From NCBI RefSeq assembly GCF_000372725.1, contig NW_005201493.1:138830-202829 (forward strand): a DNA stretch of 64,000 nucleotides. The letters are read 5' to 3'. This DNA comes from Emiliania huxleyi CCMP1516. Taxonomy: Eukaryota. Within the stretch, counting starts at the first letter, position 1. Each line of letters opens with the position of its first letter. The notes under the pieces are model-generated. The model saw only the letters and a list, made by a program, of their open reading frames with translations, was not told the origin of the DNA and searched no databases. Positions 1-11,658 of the stretch are shown here, piece by piece. A program made the translations under genes and the position numbers.

Positions 1-492
1 AGGGGAGGGGACGGAGGGGCGACACGCAGGAGGAGCGAAATCGCTAACGGCCCGAGCAGAGAGGGCGACGGCGGGGCACGAGGGAACAACGGAGATGCTA
101 CCGATGACGCGAACCGAGGCACGGACGCCGGCGGGGACGGGGAGGGCGACAGCGACGTCGAGGTTAACGCAACCGTATCGAGAGCGCCACCCAAAAAGGG
201 GCGGACAGCCATGGAGGTCACCGAATGGAGGGCGAACGGCACGATGCGAAAAGGCAGGGCGAGGCGGATGGAGAAAGAAGTGCCGAGAAGGCCATGGTGG
301 AGGGGAGGGACGGGAGGACGAAAGAAGGGCGAGGAGGACGAGCGGCCCGCACAGACCGCGAGCAGACAGCGCCTGCTGGCCATTTCGAGACATTCGCCAA
401 GAACGCTAGCTACATGGGAGGGCTTCGTGAAGGATGGATTGAAAAACATTCGAACAAAGAAGAGGCGACGGGAGGAACCGGCGGAGGATGCA
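1..492 (+). repeat. Partial copy of a dispersed repeat (second copy inverted at ~52024-52514)
   Basis: 1-492 is nearly identical to the reverse complement of 52024-52514; both copies run into a (CA)n tract. Confidence 0.9.
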
Positions 493-501
493 GTGACGTG
501 A

Positions 502-765
<264 letters not shown>

Positions 766-906
766 GGTAGCTGGTCGGTACCGCGTGTAAACAAGAATAT
801 TTTTTCGACCCTCGAGTCTCGGCTCTCGCTCCACCCGTGAAACTCTCTGAAAGTAACTCACCTGCCAGTTCCTCAACGCTCAAGGCTAATTAGCGCTGCA
901 TCAGCG

Positions 907-3162
907 TCAGCCCGACTGGGTTGCTGCGGCTCCGCGCTCCGCCCACTCGGCCGGCTTGCAGTCTACCCGTTCGCCGAGGGCGTCGCACTGCAGCTCGTCG
1001 AGCGAGGCGAGGAAGCCCTCCCGCTCCCGCCGCTGCTCCGCCTTGATGCCCTTCTCGCGCTCGCGGCGCGAGCGCAGGAAGGCCTGCATCGCCGCCGACG
1101 GAGGCGCCTTCTTCCTTCGCCTCTTGCCGACCGAGTCCGAGGCGAGCTCGTCCGCCACGGCCGACGGCGCCGCGGCGGCGTCTCGCGGATGGCGTCCGCG
1201 GCGGCCACCTCCCGCTCCTCCGCGGAAATCGTCGCCGCCAGAGCCGCTCGCGCCTCCGCCTGCCGCGCCTGCAGCGCGTCGACGTCCGCCTGCAGCGAGG
1301 CCGCTCTGTCCTCGACGAGCCTGGCGAGCGGCTGAAGAAGAGTTTGCTAGGCAGTCACGGAGAAGTGCAAAGTCGCCACCTCCGTCGGGACAAAAGCGGC
1401 AATGGTACCGCCCTCGCGCCCGCNNNNNNNNNNNNNNNNNNNNNNNNNNNNNNNNNNNNNNNNNNNNNNNNNNNNNNNNNNNNNNNNNNNNNNNNNNNNN
1501 NNNNNNNNNNNNNNNNNNNNNNNTGCACAGTCAACCACGACATGGCGTGCGATCAGTCCATCGCCTCGAGCGACGCGATATGCGAGTGCGCTGCGCTTGC
1601 GCCGCTCTCTCCGGGCTGAGTGCCGCGCATGGCGGCAGTGGCGCGGGGGGGGGGTGGAGGAGGGTGAGGGGAGAGGAAGAGGGGCGGTGGTTCGCCTCGA
1701 GGGTAGCCCACCGCTCGGCGAGCTGCAGCGTGCGCGGCGTGTAGAAGATGTGGTCGAGCGCCCACTCAACGCAAGGCCCCTAAGGCCAGGTCAGGTCAAG
1801 GACGCTTCTCCACACACACGAAGGTGGTGGGGCGAGGGCCAGGCTAGCCCTCGCGACTCCACGTCTAGACAGGCAGGAGCCCCACGGCATGCAAAGTGCA
1901 AGGCCCAGTGCGCGTGGTTGAGCGGTGTGTGTGCGTGCGTGTGTGCGTGTGTGCGTGTGCGCGTGTGTGCGTGGGTGTGTGGGTGCGTGGGTGTGTGGTG
2001 TGCGTGTGGGTGTATGTCAGTGGGTGTGTGCGCGCCTCCCTAGCGCCGTGCGCGTATGCCGCGCGGGTGCCGCCCGTCGGCACTCGCGCCTAGCCACACC
2101 TCTGTGTCTGGACGCGCTTCTGTTTCTCTCGCGGCGGCCGCCCGTCGACTCACGCGCCAAGCGCACGCGGTGCGCAGAGGCGCAGCCGGCCGCAACCTAC
2201 TCTCGGACACTCTCGTGTCACCTCGCGCCGCCTCGCGGGACGCAGCCTGCGCACTGTCGTCGCCACACCGCGCGCAGCTCCTCCCACGCGGAAAGCTGTG
2301 CGGCCGTCGGCATGCCGCCGCCCCCCCCTCCCTCGCCGCCCCCTCCCTCGCCGCCGCCTCCCTCGCCGCCGCCTCCCTCGCCGCCGCCTCCCTCGCCGCC
2401 GCCTCCCTCGCCGCCGCCCAGCCGCAGCGCGCTCGCGCACTCCCTCGCGATGTCCTCTGGGGAGGGCTGCGCCGCCGCGGCCGCAAACGCGCCGACGCAA
2501 GAGCCGGGCAGGCACTCGGTGTTCATGTCGCCGCACACAATCAGCTCGCGTGTGCCGAACGCACTCGCCTGCTCCACGCAGCGCGCAAACGCCTTGACAC
2601 GCTTCGCCTCGTCCGTCGCGTCCAAGTGCACACTCGCCACCGCCGTCGGGCCAAGAGCGGCGATGGCGCCGCCCTCGCGCCCGCGCACAACGACCTGCAC
2701 GCGTGTGTTCGAGCTCCTCTTCCCGTCGTCGAGCACGCAGAGCCGGTCCGAGCGCACAAGCACGGCGTTTCCGACGGCGACCTCGTGCCGCAGCACGCGG
2801 AGGTTTCGGCTCGCGATCTCCGCCAGGTCGCGCTGCGGCGGCACGTGCAGCGCGTAGCCGTCGAGCCGCAGCCAGTCGGGCAGCGCAAAGACGCCGTCCG
2901 CGCCCGCCTCGTACTGCACCTCCTGCAGGCAGATGACGTCGGCTCGCGACGCCTGCAGCTCCGCTCGCAACCGTGGCCGCCTCACGGCCCAATCCAGCCG
3001 CTGGGCCGCCGGCTCCGCCCACTCGAACGCCGCGAACGCCTGCACGCTGCCAGTGCGTTCGTCGACCGGCCGCACGTACAGGGGCGCGAGCAGGTTGTAC
3101 GAGAGGACAGAGAGCCGCGACAGGCACGCGTCGAGCGCCGCGCCCTTTGCGATAACGCCCAT
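907..3162 (-). CDS. Endonuclease/exonuclease/phosphatase (CCR4/nocturnin/PDE12-like) protein, spliced, interrupted by a gap
   Basis: SYNLLA, ADVICLQEVQ, SVHL and IVCGDMN motifs in 2218-3162; WALDHIFY exon at ~1700-1780; probable C-terminal exon 907-1158. Confidence 0.8.
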
Positions 3163-3268
3163 CCACTCGATTGGCCAGAGGCTGGTGTCCGGTACCCGGG
3201 TATTGCCCCGCGGCGCCCTTCACCTTCTTTTGGCGGGCAAGCGTCCGGCAGCGTGGCCGTTGAGTATT

Positions 3269-3488
3269 TGAGCGACCCAGCTCGAGGGTTGCTCTCGACT
3301 CTGGCCTTTTCGGGTCACGTAGCCACACCTCGCCTCCTCGGTGCGAGTGGCTGCCAGTTCGACTCTGGGGAGGATCGAGCGATCCAGCTCGAGGGTTGCT
3401 CTCGACTCTGGCCTTTCGGGTCACGTAGCCACACCTCGCCTCCTCGGTGCGAGTGGCTGCCAGTTCGACTCTGGGGAGGATCGAACCA
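3269..3488 (+). repeat. Tandem dimer of a ~108 bp structured, tRNA-like unit
   Basis: Two near-identical copies, each with four hairpins including CCAG-TTCGACT-CTGG; second copy is followed by ACCA. Confidence 0.7.
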
Positions 3489-3579
3489 TTAACAGGCCCG
3501 GCGAGAGCCGGACGTTGACATTTTTTCTAAGTTTTTTTCATTTTTTTGAGCTGATTGCGTCACGGCACCCCGTACGACT

Positions 3580-3930
3580 TCATTGCGCACCTCAGCTCGG
3601 TTGAGCGGTACGATCCCGCGACAAACATGTGGGAGACAGTAGCGCCGATGTCGGGGGGGATGACGGGGCGGGGCTGCCACGGCGTGGGAGTACTCGAGGG
3701 CAAGCTGTATGCTGTGGGAGGAGTGGATTCCGACGAGTATGGCGAGGGCACCCTCAGCTCCGTCGAGCGCTACGACCCGGCGTTGAACGTGTGGGAGGCG
3801 GTGGCGCCGATGGCAGAGAAGCGGTACGGTCACGCCGTTGCGGTGCTCGAAGGCAGGCTGTACGCTGCGGGCGGGTGGGATGACAGCTTCAGCCCGCTCA
3901 ACTCGGTCGAGCGGTACGACCCTTACTGCG
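3580..3930 (+). pseudogene. Kelch-repeat gene fragment (about 2.5 repeats)
   Basis: [15 protein letters not shown]...GKLYAVGG repeats; no proper N- or C-terminus, AT-richer flanks. Confidence 0.75.
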
Positions 3931-4468
3931 AGAGGGGTAAAAAAGAGCAGGTCCCCGCCCATGGGCGATCTTTGTGCAGGGTTCTTGCTCGAGGTTCTTG
4001 AGAGAGATTTTAGGAAACCAACAAGATATCTCTAGTTCTTTCGGTTCTTTGACTTTGTGGGAGAATATTGTGATAGGAACGAGTGTATCGCTTTGACGGA
4101 TCGACCGTGCTTGTTATCAAGACCGATGTGACGCACACAGTGACACATCAGACGACACATATTCTCCCACCCGCCGGGACGCAAAACGCTCTCGACGAGA
4201 GCCACAAGAAGGCGTCCGCACAGCAAGCCGCTCGTCGGACAGGCGTGCTCGGCTGCTCGCTCGATGCCGGCGAGCGCATTGCGCACGCTTTGGACGGTGG
4301 CGAAGCCAAAACACCGATGGTGGCCGTCCGCTGGCGTGAGCGGCGGCGGTCGAGACCTCACCCTTCGCGCCGACGACCCAACCTCACGGGGAACAACCCA
4401 ACCCAACCAAAACCCAAATGAAAAAGAAAACAACCCCCTGAAAGCACTCAGGCTCGCGATCAACATTG

Positions 4469-6559
4469 ATGGTGATTGTGCTTTGCTCCGACGCGGTCGT
4501 GCTAGCGGCTCATCGAGGGGACGAGGAGGCGGTGCTGGCGTGGCTCGAGAGCGGCGGGCGGGTCGACGCGACGTACGGGAGAGACGGCGTGAGCGGCCTC
4601 ACGCTGCTGATGGGCGCCGCCCACTACGGCCACGAGCAGGTGGTCGACCTGTTGATTCGGCGCGGCGCGAAGGTCAACCTGCAGAGCAGCGACGGCGGTA
4701 CCGCGCTGATGCTCGCCGCTGGCAACGGCCACGAGCGGATGGTTGAGTTGCTGATACGGCGCGGCGCTGAGGTCAACCTGCAGAGCAGCATCGGCGCCAC
4801 CGCCCTGATGCTCGCCGCCCAGAAAAGCCGCGAGCGGGTGGTCGAGCTGCTGCTCCAGCACGGCGCTGAGGTCAACCTGAAGGACAGCAAAGGTTACACC
4901 GCGCTGATGCTCGCCGCCCTCCACGGTCACGAGCGGGTGGTCCAGCTACTGATTCGGCGCGGCGCGGAGGTCAACCTGAAGGACAGCGACGGCTTCACCG
5001 CACTGATGCACGCCGCTGGCAAAGGCCACGAGCCTTTGGTCGAGGCGCTGCTGCAGCACGGCGCTGATGTCAACCTGCAGGGCAGCGGCGGCTTCACCGC
5101 GCTGATGAACGCCGCTGGCGGAGGCAGCGAGCAAGTGGTCGAGCTGCTGCTGCGGCACGGCGCGGAGGTCAACCTGCAGTACAAGAACGGTGGCACCGCC
5201 CTCATGAGCGCCGCCTACAGCGGCTGCCCCGCCGTCGTGCTCCGCCTGCTTCGGGCTGGCGCAGATGCAAAGGCTCGCGCTGCAGACGGCAGGTCCGCGC
5301 TGCAGATCGCCAAGGCGGAGGCGGCCAAGGTGCTAGCTACCGCCGACGCCGCCAGTGCTCCTGAAACGGACCACGCCGGGTGCGTGCGCGCTCTCACAGA
5401 GCACGCAGCGGCGCTGAGGGAGGCGGAGGCGGCCGAGAAGGCGGCCGAAAAGGCGCTTGAGGCCAAGGGGCGGCGCGAGCAGCGCGAGCGGGAGGCGGCG
5501 GCGGCGGCGCGAGAGCGCGAGCAGGCGGCACGACAGCGCGAAGCAGAGCGAGCGGCGGACGAGGCGCGCCGGGCGGCGGGTGCGGCGGCGCTGGAGGAGC
5601 AGAGGCGAGCCATTGCGGCGGAGGCGGAGGCGAAGCTGGCCGCTGAGCGAGCGGCAGCAGAGGAGACGCTGCGGGCGAGGGAGGCGGAGAGGCTTGCGGC
5701 GGAGGAGGCGCAGCGAGAGGAGCAGCGGGCGGCCGCGGCGGCGCGCAAAGCCGCTCAGGTAGAGGCGGCGCGGCGCGAGAAGGAGGCTGCTGACAAGAGG
5801 GCGGAGGAGGAGAAGGCGAGGTGGCGCGCAAAGGCGGCGGAGGCAACGGCGGCCAAGAAGGAGGCCAAGGCGAAGAAGAAGGAGGCCAAGAAGGCGCCGT
5901 CTGCCTGCACGCTCGAGGAGGAGCGGAGGGCGAAGGCTGCGGCAGAGGTTCGCGCACAGGAGGAGAGGGCGGCGCAGCTGGCTGCTGAGCAGGAGGCGGC
6001 GAGGCGGGCGGAGCGCGAGGCGGCAGAGCTAGCGGGTGCGGCAGAGCAGGCGGCGCTGCGCGAGGATGCGGAGTTGGCAGAGGCGCTGCGCCGGTCAGAG
6101 GTGGATGCAGAGGAGGCGCTGGTGCGTCGGGTGTCGCGGTGCGAGGAGGCGGTGAGCAGCGAGACGACCGGCGGCGGCGGGGACTTGCTGCGGCGTGTCG
6201 AACGGCTGGAGGCAAGCCTCGGCACGGCGACCGAGGGCAGCCTCGAGGAGCGGGTCGGCGCCATCGAGCGCTTGATCGGGTCAGAGGCGGGAGAGGCGGC
6301 GGAGCAGCATCTGCCAGTCACCGAGCCGTTTGCTGCCGTCTCACTAGCCGACGCCGGCCTCGACACGGGGCGGCCGGCTGCCCCCGAGTCCACGATGGGG
6401 GGAGAGACCACGTGTATCGTGTGTTTCGCGAGAGTCAAGTCGCATGCTGCGGTTCCGTGCGGGCACTTGTGTGCTTGCGGGCCATGCTCTGAGCTGATGC
6501 GAGAGTGCCCTTACTGCCGCGAGCCAGTGATGATGTGGATGGTTCCGCGTCCGGTCTAG
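4469..6559 (+). CDS. Ankyrin-repeat / coiled-coil / C3HC4 RING-finger protein (putative E3 ligase), intronless
   Basis: About 7 G.TALM.AA..G...VV.LL..GA.VN repeats, an E/A/R-rich helix, and C-terminal CIVC...VPCGHLCACGPC...CPYC. Confidence 0.9.
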   Translation: MVIVLCSDAVVLAAHRGDEEAVLAWLESGGRVDATYGRDGVSGLTLLMGAAHYGHEQVVDLLIRRGAKVNLQSSDGGTALMLAAGNGHERMVELLIRRGAEVNLQSSIGATALMLAAQKSRERVVELLLQHGAEVNLKDSKGYTALMLAALHGHERVVQLLIRRGAEVNLKDSDGFTALMHAAGKGHEPLVEALLQHGADVNLQGSGGFTALMNAAGGGSEQVVELLLRHGAEVNLQYKNGGTALMSAAYSGCPAVVLRLLRAGADAKARAADGRSALQIAKAEAAKVLATADAASAPETDHAGCVRALTEHAAALREAEAAEKAAEKALEAKGRREQREREAAAAAREREQAARQREAERAADEARRAAGAAALEEQRRAIAAEAEAKLAAERAAAEETLRAREAERLAAEEAQREEQRAAAAARKAAQVEAARREKEAADKRAEEEKARWRAKAAEATAAKKEAKAKKKEAKKAPSACTLEEERRAKAAAEVRAQEERAAQLAAEQEAARRAEREAAELAGAAEQAALREDAELAEALRRSEVDAEEALVRRVSRCEEAVSSETTGGGGDLLRRVERLEASLGTATEGSLEERVGAIERLIGSEAGEAAEQHLPVTEPFAAVSLADAGLDTGRPAAPESTMGGETTCIVCFARVKSHAAVPCGHLCACGPCSELMRECPYCREPVMMWMVPRPV

Positions 6560-7571
6560 GCGTCTAGATTTGTACTAACTGAATTCCAACATGTTGTATG
6601 CCGGCCTCTTCGACGACCCATAAGGGGCCGTCGCCTGCTGTGCGGCATTTCTAGTGCCCGTGTCCGAGCCCGCAGATTCCAGATAGGCCAGAGCGCAGTC
6701 TGCTGTGAGAGGGGCTTGTATCGTTAGAATATTCTTCGGCAGGCGGCGGACCAGCTGAGTAACAAACTTTCGCACGCTCAGCACCTCGATGAGGTCACAT
6801 GGACCACCAAGAACTGGCACGGGCTGCAGATGCAGCGCTTGTCTGTCGTTCTCCACACCGCCGTGGCGTGGCAGACGGTGAACGAGCTAGCGTGCGGGGA
6901 CAGCGGCATTGTGCACGGAGCTAAGTGCATTGCCGTTCTTAACGGAGTCGCTTAGGCGGCTCCGGTGGTGTGCCGGTGATAGTACTAGCACGCGCCAGTT
7001 CGCACCTGTGTCGAGCCTGTGTCCTGTGAGAGAGAGTTGTTTGTTTAAATTCTTCTTCCGTCTGGTGTGCCGGTGTGTGCGCTAGTCTCCCCGCGAGTCC
7101 GCGCCCTTGTCGTGTCAGAGAGGGTGGAATTCTATCTAAAATATGTGTATCGCGCGGCGCCTATCTAAAATTCGACTTAGGGAGCGGTTCAGCTGCTGGG
7201 CGGGCTTCAGGGTGGTGCTCACGCGAAAAGGAATCGACGCGATGTACAAAGCATACAAGAAGAGGAGAAAGAAGAGGAGAGGCGCCAGTGATGACGAAGC
7301 TGAAGCTAGTGCAGACGAGGGCAGGGCAGACCCGGGGACGGCGGAGTCGGACCCCATCGGGAGGACGACCCCGGGCTAGTCGCCGACCACACCCACAAAG
7401 AACCCTGCACAAAGATCGCAAGGGCGGGGACCTGTTCCTTTTTACCTAGTAGAGAGGTGTCGTTTTTATTTATTACGACTCTTTCTTTATTTCTGAAATC
7501 TGAAAAAAAAACAGTCCACCGCGTCGGCTACTGACGTCCCGCTAGGTACCCGGCCACAGTCGTCGGCAAAA

Positions 7572-9179
7572 ATGGCCGACGGCAAGCGCTTCGCTTTCGT
7601 CTTCACCACCGCATCCGGCCACACCAATCCCTCCTTGCCAATCGCGCGCCTGCTTGTCGGCCGCGGCCACGAGGTGATCTACCTCTCTTCGGCCGTTTTC
7701 CAGACTGCGATCGAGGGCACCGGCGCCGCGTTCGTGGACGAGACAGCGGTGTTGACCGACCTCTATCACTCCGGCATGGACAACTTCATGCTGATGTTCA
7801 AAGGACTGGTGACTGAGTTTGGGTGCGAGACGGCTCCTTTCGTCAAGCAGCAGCTCAAGGTGAAGAATGTCATTGTCGAACGTCAGCTGCCCGGCCTCAT
7901 CCGGTTCCTCAAGGAGGCCTCACCTCCATTCGACGCCGTGGTCTACGATCCCATCATGATGAACGCGGCCGGCATCGCCTGCCTGCTTCTCGACCTTCCA
8001 GCTGTGGCTCTGCTCACGGTCGCAGGCCCAGGCGCGGCTGAAGCGCTGTACCATGACCTGGCCGGCAAGGCTGGCATGCGCCTGGAGGATCTTGACCGAG
8101 AGTACCACGAGGACGAGACGAACACGGGAGCCATAGAGCGCATGCGGGCGCGCTATCCAGGGATCTTCTTGCCTGGCGCACACCCATACTCGCTCCCGAT
8201 GACGCACAGCTACGTGGGCGGGCGTCGAGCAGCGGCACTGGTGACAACGATCGAGCCCCTCTGCGACACCATGAGCAAAGAGATGGCTGCAGCGCTGGAG
8301 GAGCTGCAGATCCGTTTCTTCTACATCGGGCCGAGCCTCGACGTTGAGGGCGCAGTGCGCGCTGGGGGCTTCAAATCTACAAAGGAGGAGGGGGGAGGGG
8401 TGGGCGAGGTGGAGGGCGCGCCGTCTCCGACGCCGCTGCCACCGTTCCGTTCGGATGTGGGAGACACGAGCGGCGCGGCGCTCGCCGCCGTACGGGAGGC
8501 CAGCGCGCTGGGCGCCCCAGTCCTATACGTCAGCCTCGGCACCGTGCTCACCTCCGACCTGCCGTTCAACGGATGGAACAGCCGCGAGAAGGACGGCGCG
8601 CGGGAGTTCGGCATCACCGGGAAGCAGCTCGTGCAGAGCGTCCTCCGCGCGGCGTTTGAGGAATTTGGTGCGCCCGACGAGGCGGAGCCAGCGAGGCGAG
8701 GCTCCGTGTCCGACCTGGCGTGCGTCTGCCGGGGCGAGCCCCTGCTCGTGTGCAGCACCGGCCCCCAACCAGACGCGCTCGAGGGGCTGACCGTCCCGCC
8801 GAACGCCGTGTGCCGCAGCTACATCCCGCAGGTCGACCTCCTCTCCTCAGGCGCGGTGGGCATGTTTGTGACGCACGGCGGCCAAAACTCGTTCACAGAG
8901 AGCATGGCGAACGGCGTCCCGCTGGTCGTCGTCCCCGGGTTTGGCGACCAGCCAGTAAACGGCCGCAAGGCGGAGCGCTTGGGCTTGGGCGTCGCGGTGC
9001 CCCGCCCGCAGGAGGACAGCGCAGCGGTAATCGAGGAGTACGTGCGCGACTTGCGCCAGGCGATGCGTGGCGTGCTCGAGGGCGAGTCGTATGTCGCAAA
9101 GGCACGGGCGATGGCGGAGGCGATCAAGGGCGCCGGGGGAGCGGAGAGAGCGGCGGAGATCGTGGTTGGGCTCGCATAG
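7572..9179 (+). CDS. UDP-glycosyltransferase, GT1 family (MGT/UGT-like), intronless
   Basis: N-terminal GHTNP motif and C-terminal YIPQVDLL...FVTHGGQNSFTESMANGVPLVVVPGFGDQPVNG signature. Confidence 0.92.
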   Translation: MADGKRFAFVFTTASGHTNPSLPIARLLVGRGHEVIYLSSAVFQTAIEGTGAAFVDETAVLTDLYHSGMDNFMLMFKGLVTEFGCETAPFVKQQLKVKNVIVERQLPGLIRFLKEASPPFDAVVYDPIMMNAAGIACLLLDLPAVALLTVAGPGAAEALYHDLAGKAGMRLEDLDREYHEDETNTGAIERMRARYPGIFLPGAHPYSLPMTHSYVGGRRAAALVTTIEPLCDTMSKEMAAALEELQIRFFYIGPSLDVEGAVRAGGFKSTKEEGGGVGEVEGAPSPTPLPPFRSDVGDTSGAALAAVREASALGAPVLYVSLGTVLTSDLPFNGWNSREKDGAREFGITGKQLVQSVLRAAFEEFGAPDEAEPARRGSVSDLACVCRGEPLLVCSTGPQPDALEGLTVPPNAVCRSYIPQVDLLSSGAVGMFVTHGGQNSFTESMANGVPLVVVPGFGDQPVNGRKAERLGLGVAVPRPQEDSAAVIEEYVRDLRQAMRGVLEGESYVAKARAMAEAIKGAGGAERAAEIVVGLA

Positions 9180-9444
9180 GGGGCGTGACCTTCGCGCGCC
9201 CCGAGCGGTGCGCGGTCTTTGTGTGTCTGTGCGCGCTAAATTTCCTTCTCCCTTGAAACGCTGCAGCTCAACCGCGCGCATTCTTCACTGAGAACATGAA
9301 CAACATCTACAACGAGGGGACGCATATGCACAGCGAAACATGGAAGGTCCGCAGAATCTCACATTGGGTCTCCCATTGTTGAAGCAGATGCGCGCCAGCA
9401 AGTCAGCACTGTCGCGAGCCGGGCAAAGAGCTATGCACGGCGCA

Positions 9445-9912
9445 TCAGTAGAAGGGCATGAAATCGAACGCGTCGAGCACTGCAGCGGTGTGTGAGGACT
9501 GCGGCCCATGTCCCGCCACCATAGCGTCCTGCATGGGTGGCTTGGCGGCCTTTGCGCCAAAGTCTTCAGGCCGGCTCCTCTCGGCCACTTGCCGGCCGCG
9601 GTCGGCAAAAACAACGTTCATGTCGGGCTTGTAGCCCTGTTCGGTGAGATATGGGTCCCACCACATGCCTTGCGTGGAACCTACGTTGCCTCGGCCTTTG
9701 TAGTTCCAGCCACCGCTCCCCGACCCCGTGTAGCCCGGTGTCGAAGTCGGCATGCCTGCTGACGCGTGGTAGCTGGGGCTCCGTGTGGCTGGGCGGCCAA
9801 AGGGACGGCCGCGAACCGTCGGCTCCCAGCCGAAGGGGAAAAGCTCGTTGCGAGAAACCGGAATTTGAGTTCCCGATGACGCATCTTCATCTAAATTGGG
9901 TGTTTCGGCCAT
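9445..9912 (-). CDS. Hypothetical protein (155 aa)
   Basis: ATG-initiated ORF with protein-like composition (W/Y/M/D-rich, not the R/A/P shadow pattern); no recognised motif. Confidence 0.45.
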   Translation of the reverse strand: MAETPNLDEDASSGTQIPVSRNELFPFGWEPTVRGRPFGRPATRSPSYHASAGMPTSTPGYTGSGSGGWNYKGRGNVGSTQGMWWDPYLTEQGYKPDMNVVFADRGRQVAERSRPEDFGAKAAKPPMQDAMVAGHGPQSSHTAAVLDAFDFMPFY

Positions 9913-10570
9913 TATTCCGCATACAGGCTAACCTGGGTGAACCCGCGCACGGGGAAGCTTCACGCTGCTTTTGATCGCGCGGTCGGTCAGTTACTTACTC
10001 GATGGACAAACCAAAAAAACCCTACCAAGGTAATGTGGACTGCTGACAGGGTTTGCGATGAGGAGCGAAGGGTTCTTCGGGGTTAGCGCACCAGTGTGTG
10101 TCTCGCGCCTTGCCCGGGGGGGGGGGGGGGGGCGAAAAGTAAGGAAGGAGGAACCTCTTCCCAAAAAGCACCACTCTTGGAGCGCCGCCACCAACCACGC
10201 CACCCAGGGCTGCAAGCAGCGCCGGGAAATGACGGCTTGCCACCCACCCAGCCCCCCCTCGGCAAACCCCAGCAGCCAATGGGTGACGGCTCGAGCCCCC
10301 TATAAAGTCACCACTAACCCCCTCCCCAAAAGCACTAGCGGGCTCATACTCTAGCACCCCACCTCGGGAAAACCTCCCGAGCCTCGTCTGAACTGTTTTT
10401 TGTTTGGAGCGCGCCATGTCGCCGCGCGTTTCATAAATAAAATATATAACGGATGCATCTCCATCAAGATCTGCCTTCGGTTTCTTTTCCGATACCGCAG
10501 CGGACGGCGCCAGAGTTGCTCAACGTCGACACCGATTGCGCCTATTTCTCCACCCCCCGGCTGAGAAAAT

Positions 10571-11277
10571 ATGTTAGCCGCCGACAAGATGCTGCTGCGC
10601 TCGCAGGTCAAGCAGCAGGCCATTGCGCTGCGGGAGAAGGAGCTTAACCTCTTCAACAGCAACTTTTCGGCAGTGGCGACGCAGGCGGCGCTGCTCGCCG
10701 GCTTCTCGATGGCGTTTTTGGAAATGTCGGTGCATCTGCACGGCACGCACTACAATCCGGTCGCCAAGGGTCTGCTCCACCTGTTCGCCACCATCTGTAT
10801 CTGCACAAACATCTACGTCGTGAGCGTCATCACGTTTGTGTCTGTGTGGGGTTCGGGAAAGGCGCTGCGGGGACGGGACGGCTCGATGGCCAAGGTGGTG
10901 GATGGGATGAACAAGGAGCGATGGCTCATCTTCATCACGTTTGGCATCGGGCTCATCTCGCTCCTCTCCGCCGTCGCCTGCTCAACTTGGCTGCTCATGC
11001 AGTGGGAGGCGCACGGGGCTCGGCTCACCCTCGGCTCCCGCGAGGAAAGGGAGAGAGTGGGCCCTGGCCGTAGGTGGCGGCGGTGGCGACGTCGCTGCTG
11101 AGCGGGACGTGCTACGCGCTCATCACTTCGGCGTGGCGCATCTTCAAGAAGTTTGAGCTTGCGCCCGGGGAGCTGGTGCGCTTCGACGACTTCCTGCGCA
11201 GCCTACCAAAGCAGCAGGAGGACGCTGACTTCGACGAGGAGGAGATGCCAGAGTCGCCGAGCAGTATGGTGATATGA
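10571..11277 (+). CDS. Orai/CRAC-like four-TM membrane protein; exons 10571-11008 and 11074-11277 (GC-AG intron)
   Basis: TM1 QAALLAGFSMAFLEM resembles Orai TSALLSGFAMVAMVE; four hydrophobic segments; GAG|GCGCAC...CCGTAG|GTG splice restores frame. Confidence 0.7.
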
Positions 11278-11658
11278 CGGGGAGCGTACTGTACGGCACG
11301 GGGCGGCGCGCTGTTCTCTGCTCGTGCGAGAGGCGGACGTCGCGCGAGAGCGGCGGCGTTTGGCAAGCGTTGCCTAGCTCCCCTTACGCGACTAGACACT
11401 GTCGCGCGAGATGACGCGCGCGCACGACACCGACACGACCACGAGCATGACGCACGAGAGCCGAGCGGCCCCGGGCCGCGCGTGTGCTCTCCGGCGGCGT
11501 GTGCACAGCTCGGCGAACTCGCGAGCGCCGAGAGAGTTTTGATATGCGCACACGATGTGCGGTGTGTACTGTGACTACTGTATCATTCTTTGGCCCGAAA
11601 TAAGCAAAATCGTGTACCATGGCCCCGGCGCTCCCGCCCGGCGCTGGTGGCGCACCGC

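Noticed and set aside
1330..1600. Second, divergent copy of an EEP exon (GREGGTIAAFVPTEV) beside the gap
   Set aside because: Matches ~2625-2684 with many substitutions at a contig end; probably low-quality sequence
5215..6438. Many long antisense or alternate-frame R/A/P-rich ORFs here and throughout the window
   Set aside because: Shadow ORFs caused by high GC and stop-codon scarcity
7143..7379. Basic/acidic ORF possibly from a retroelement C-terminus (similar style at 45097-45459)
   Set aside because: No diagnostic motif or alignable similarity visible
7572..9179. Horizontal transfer of the intronless GT1 gene
   Set aside because: Composition matches the host and other intronless genes are common here; a phylogeny would be needed
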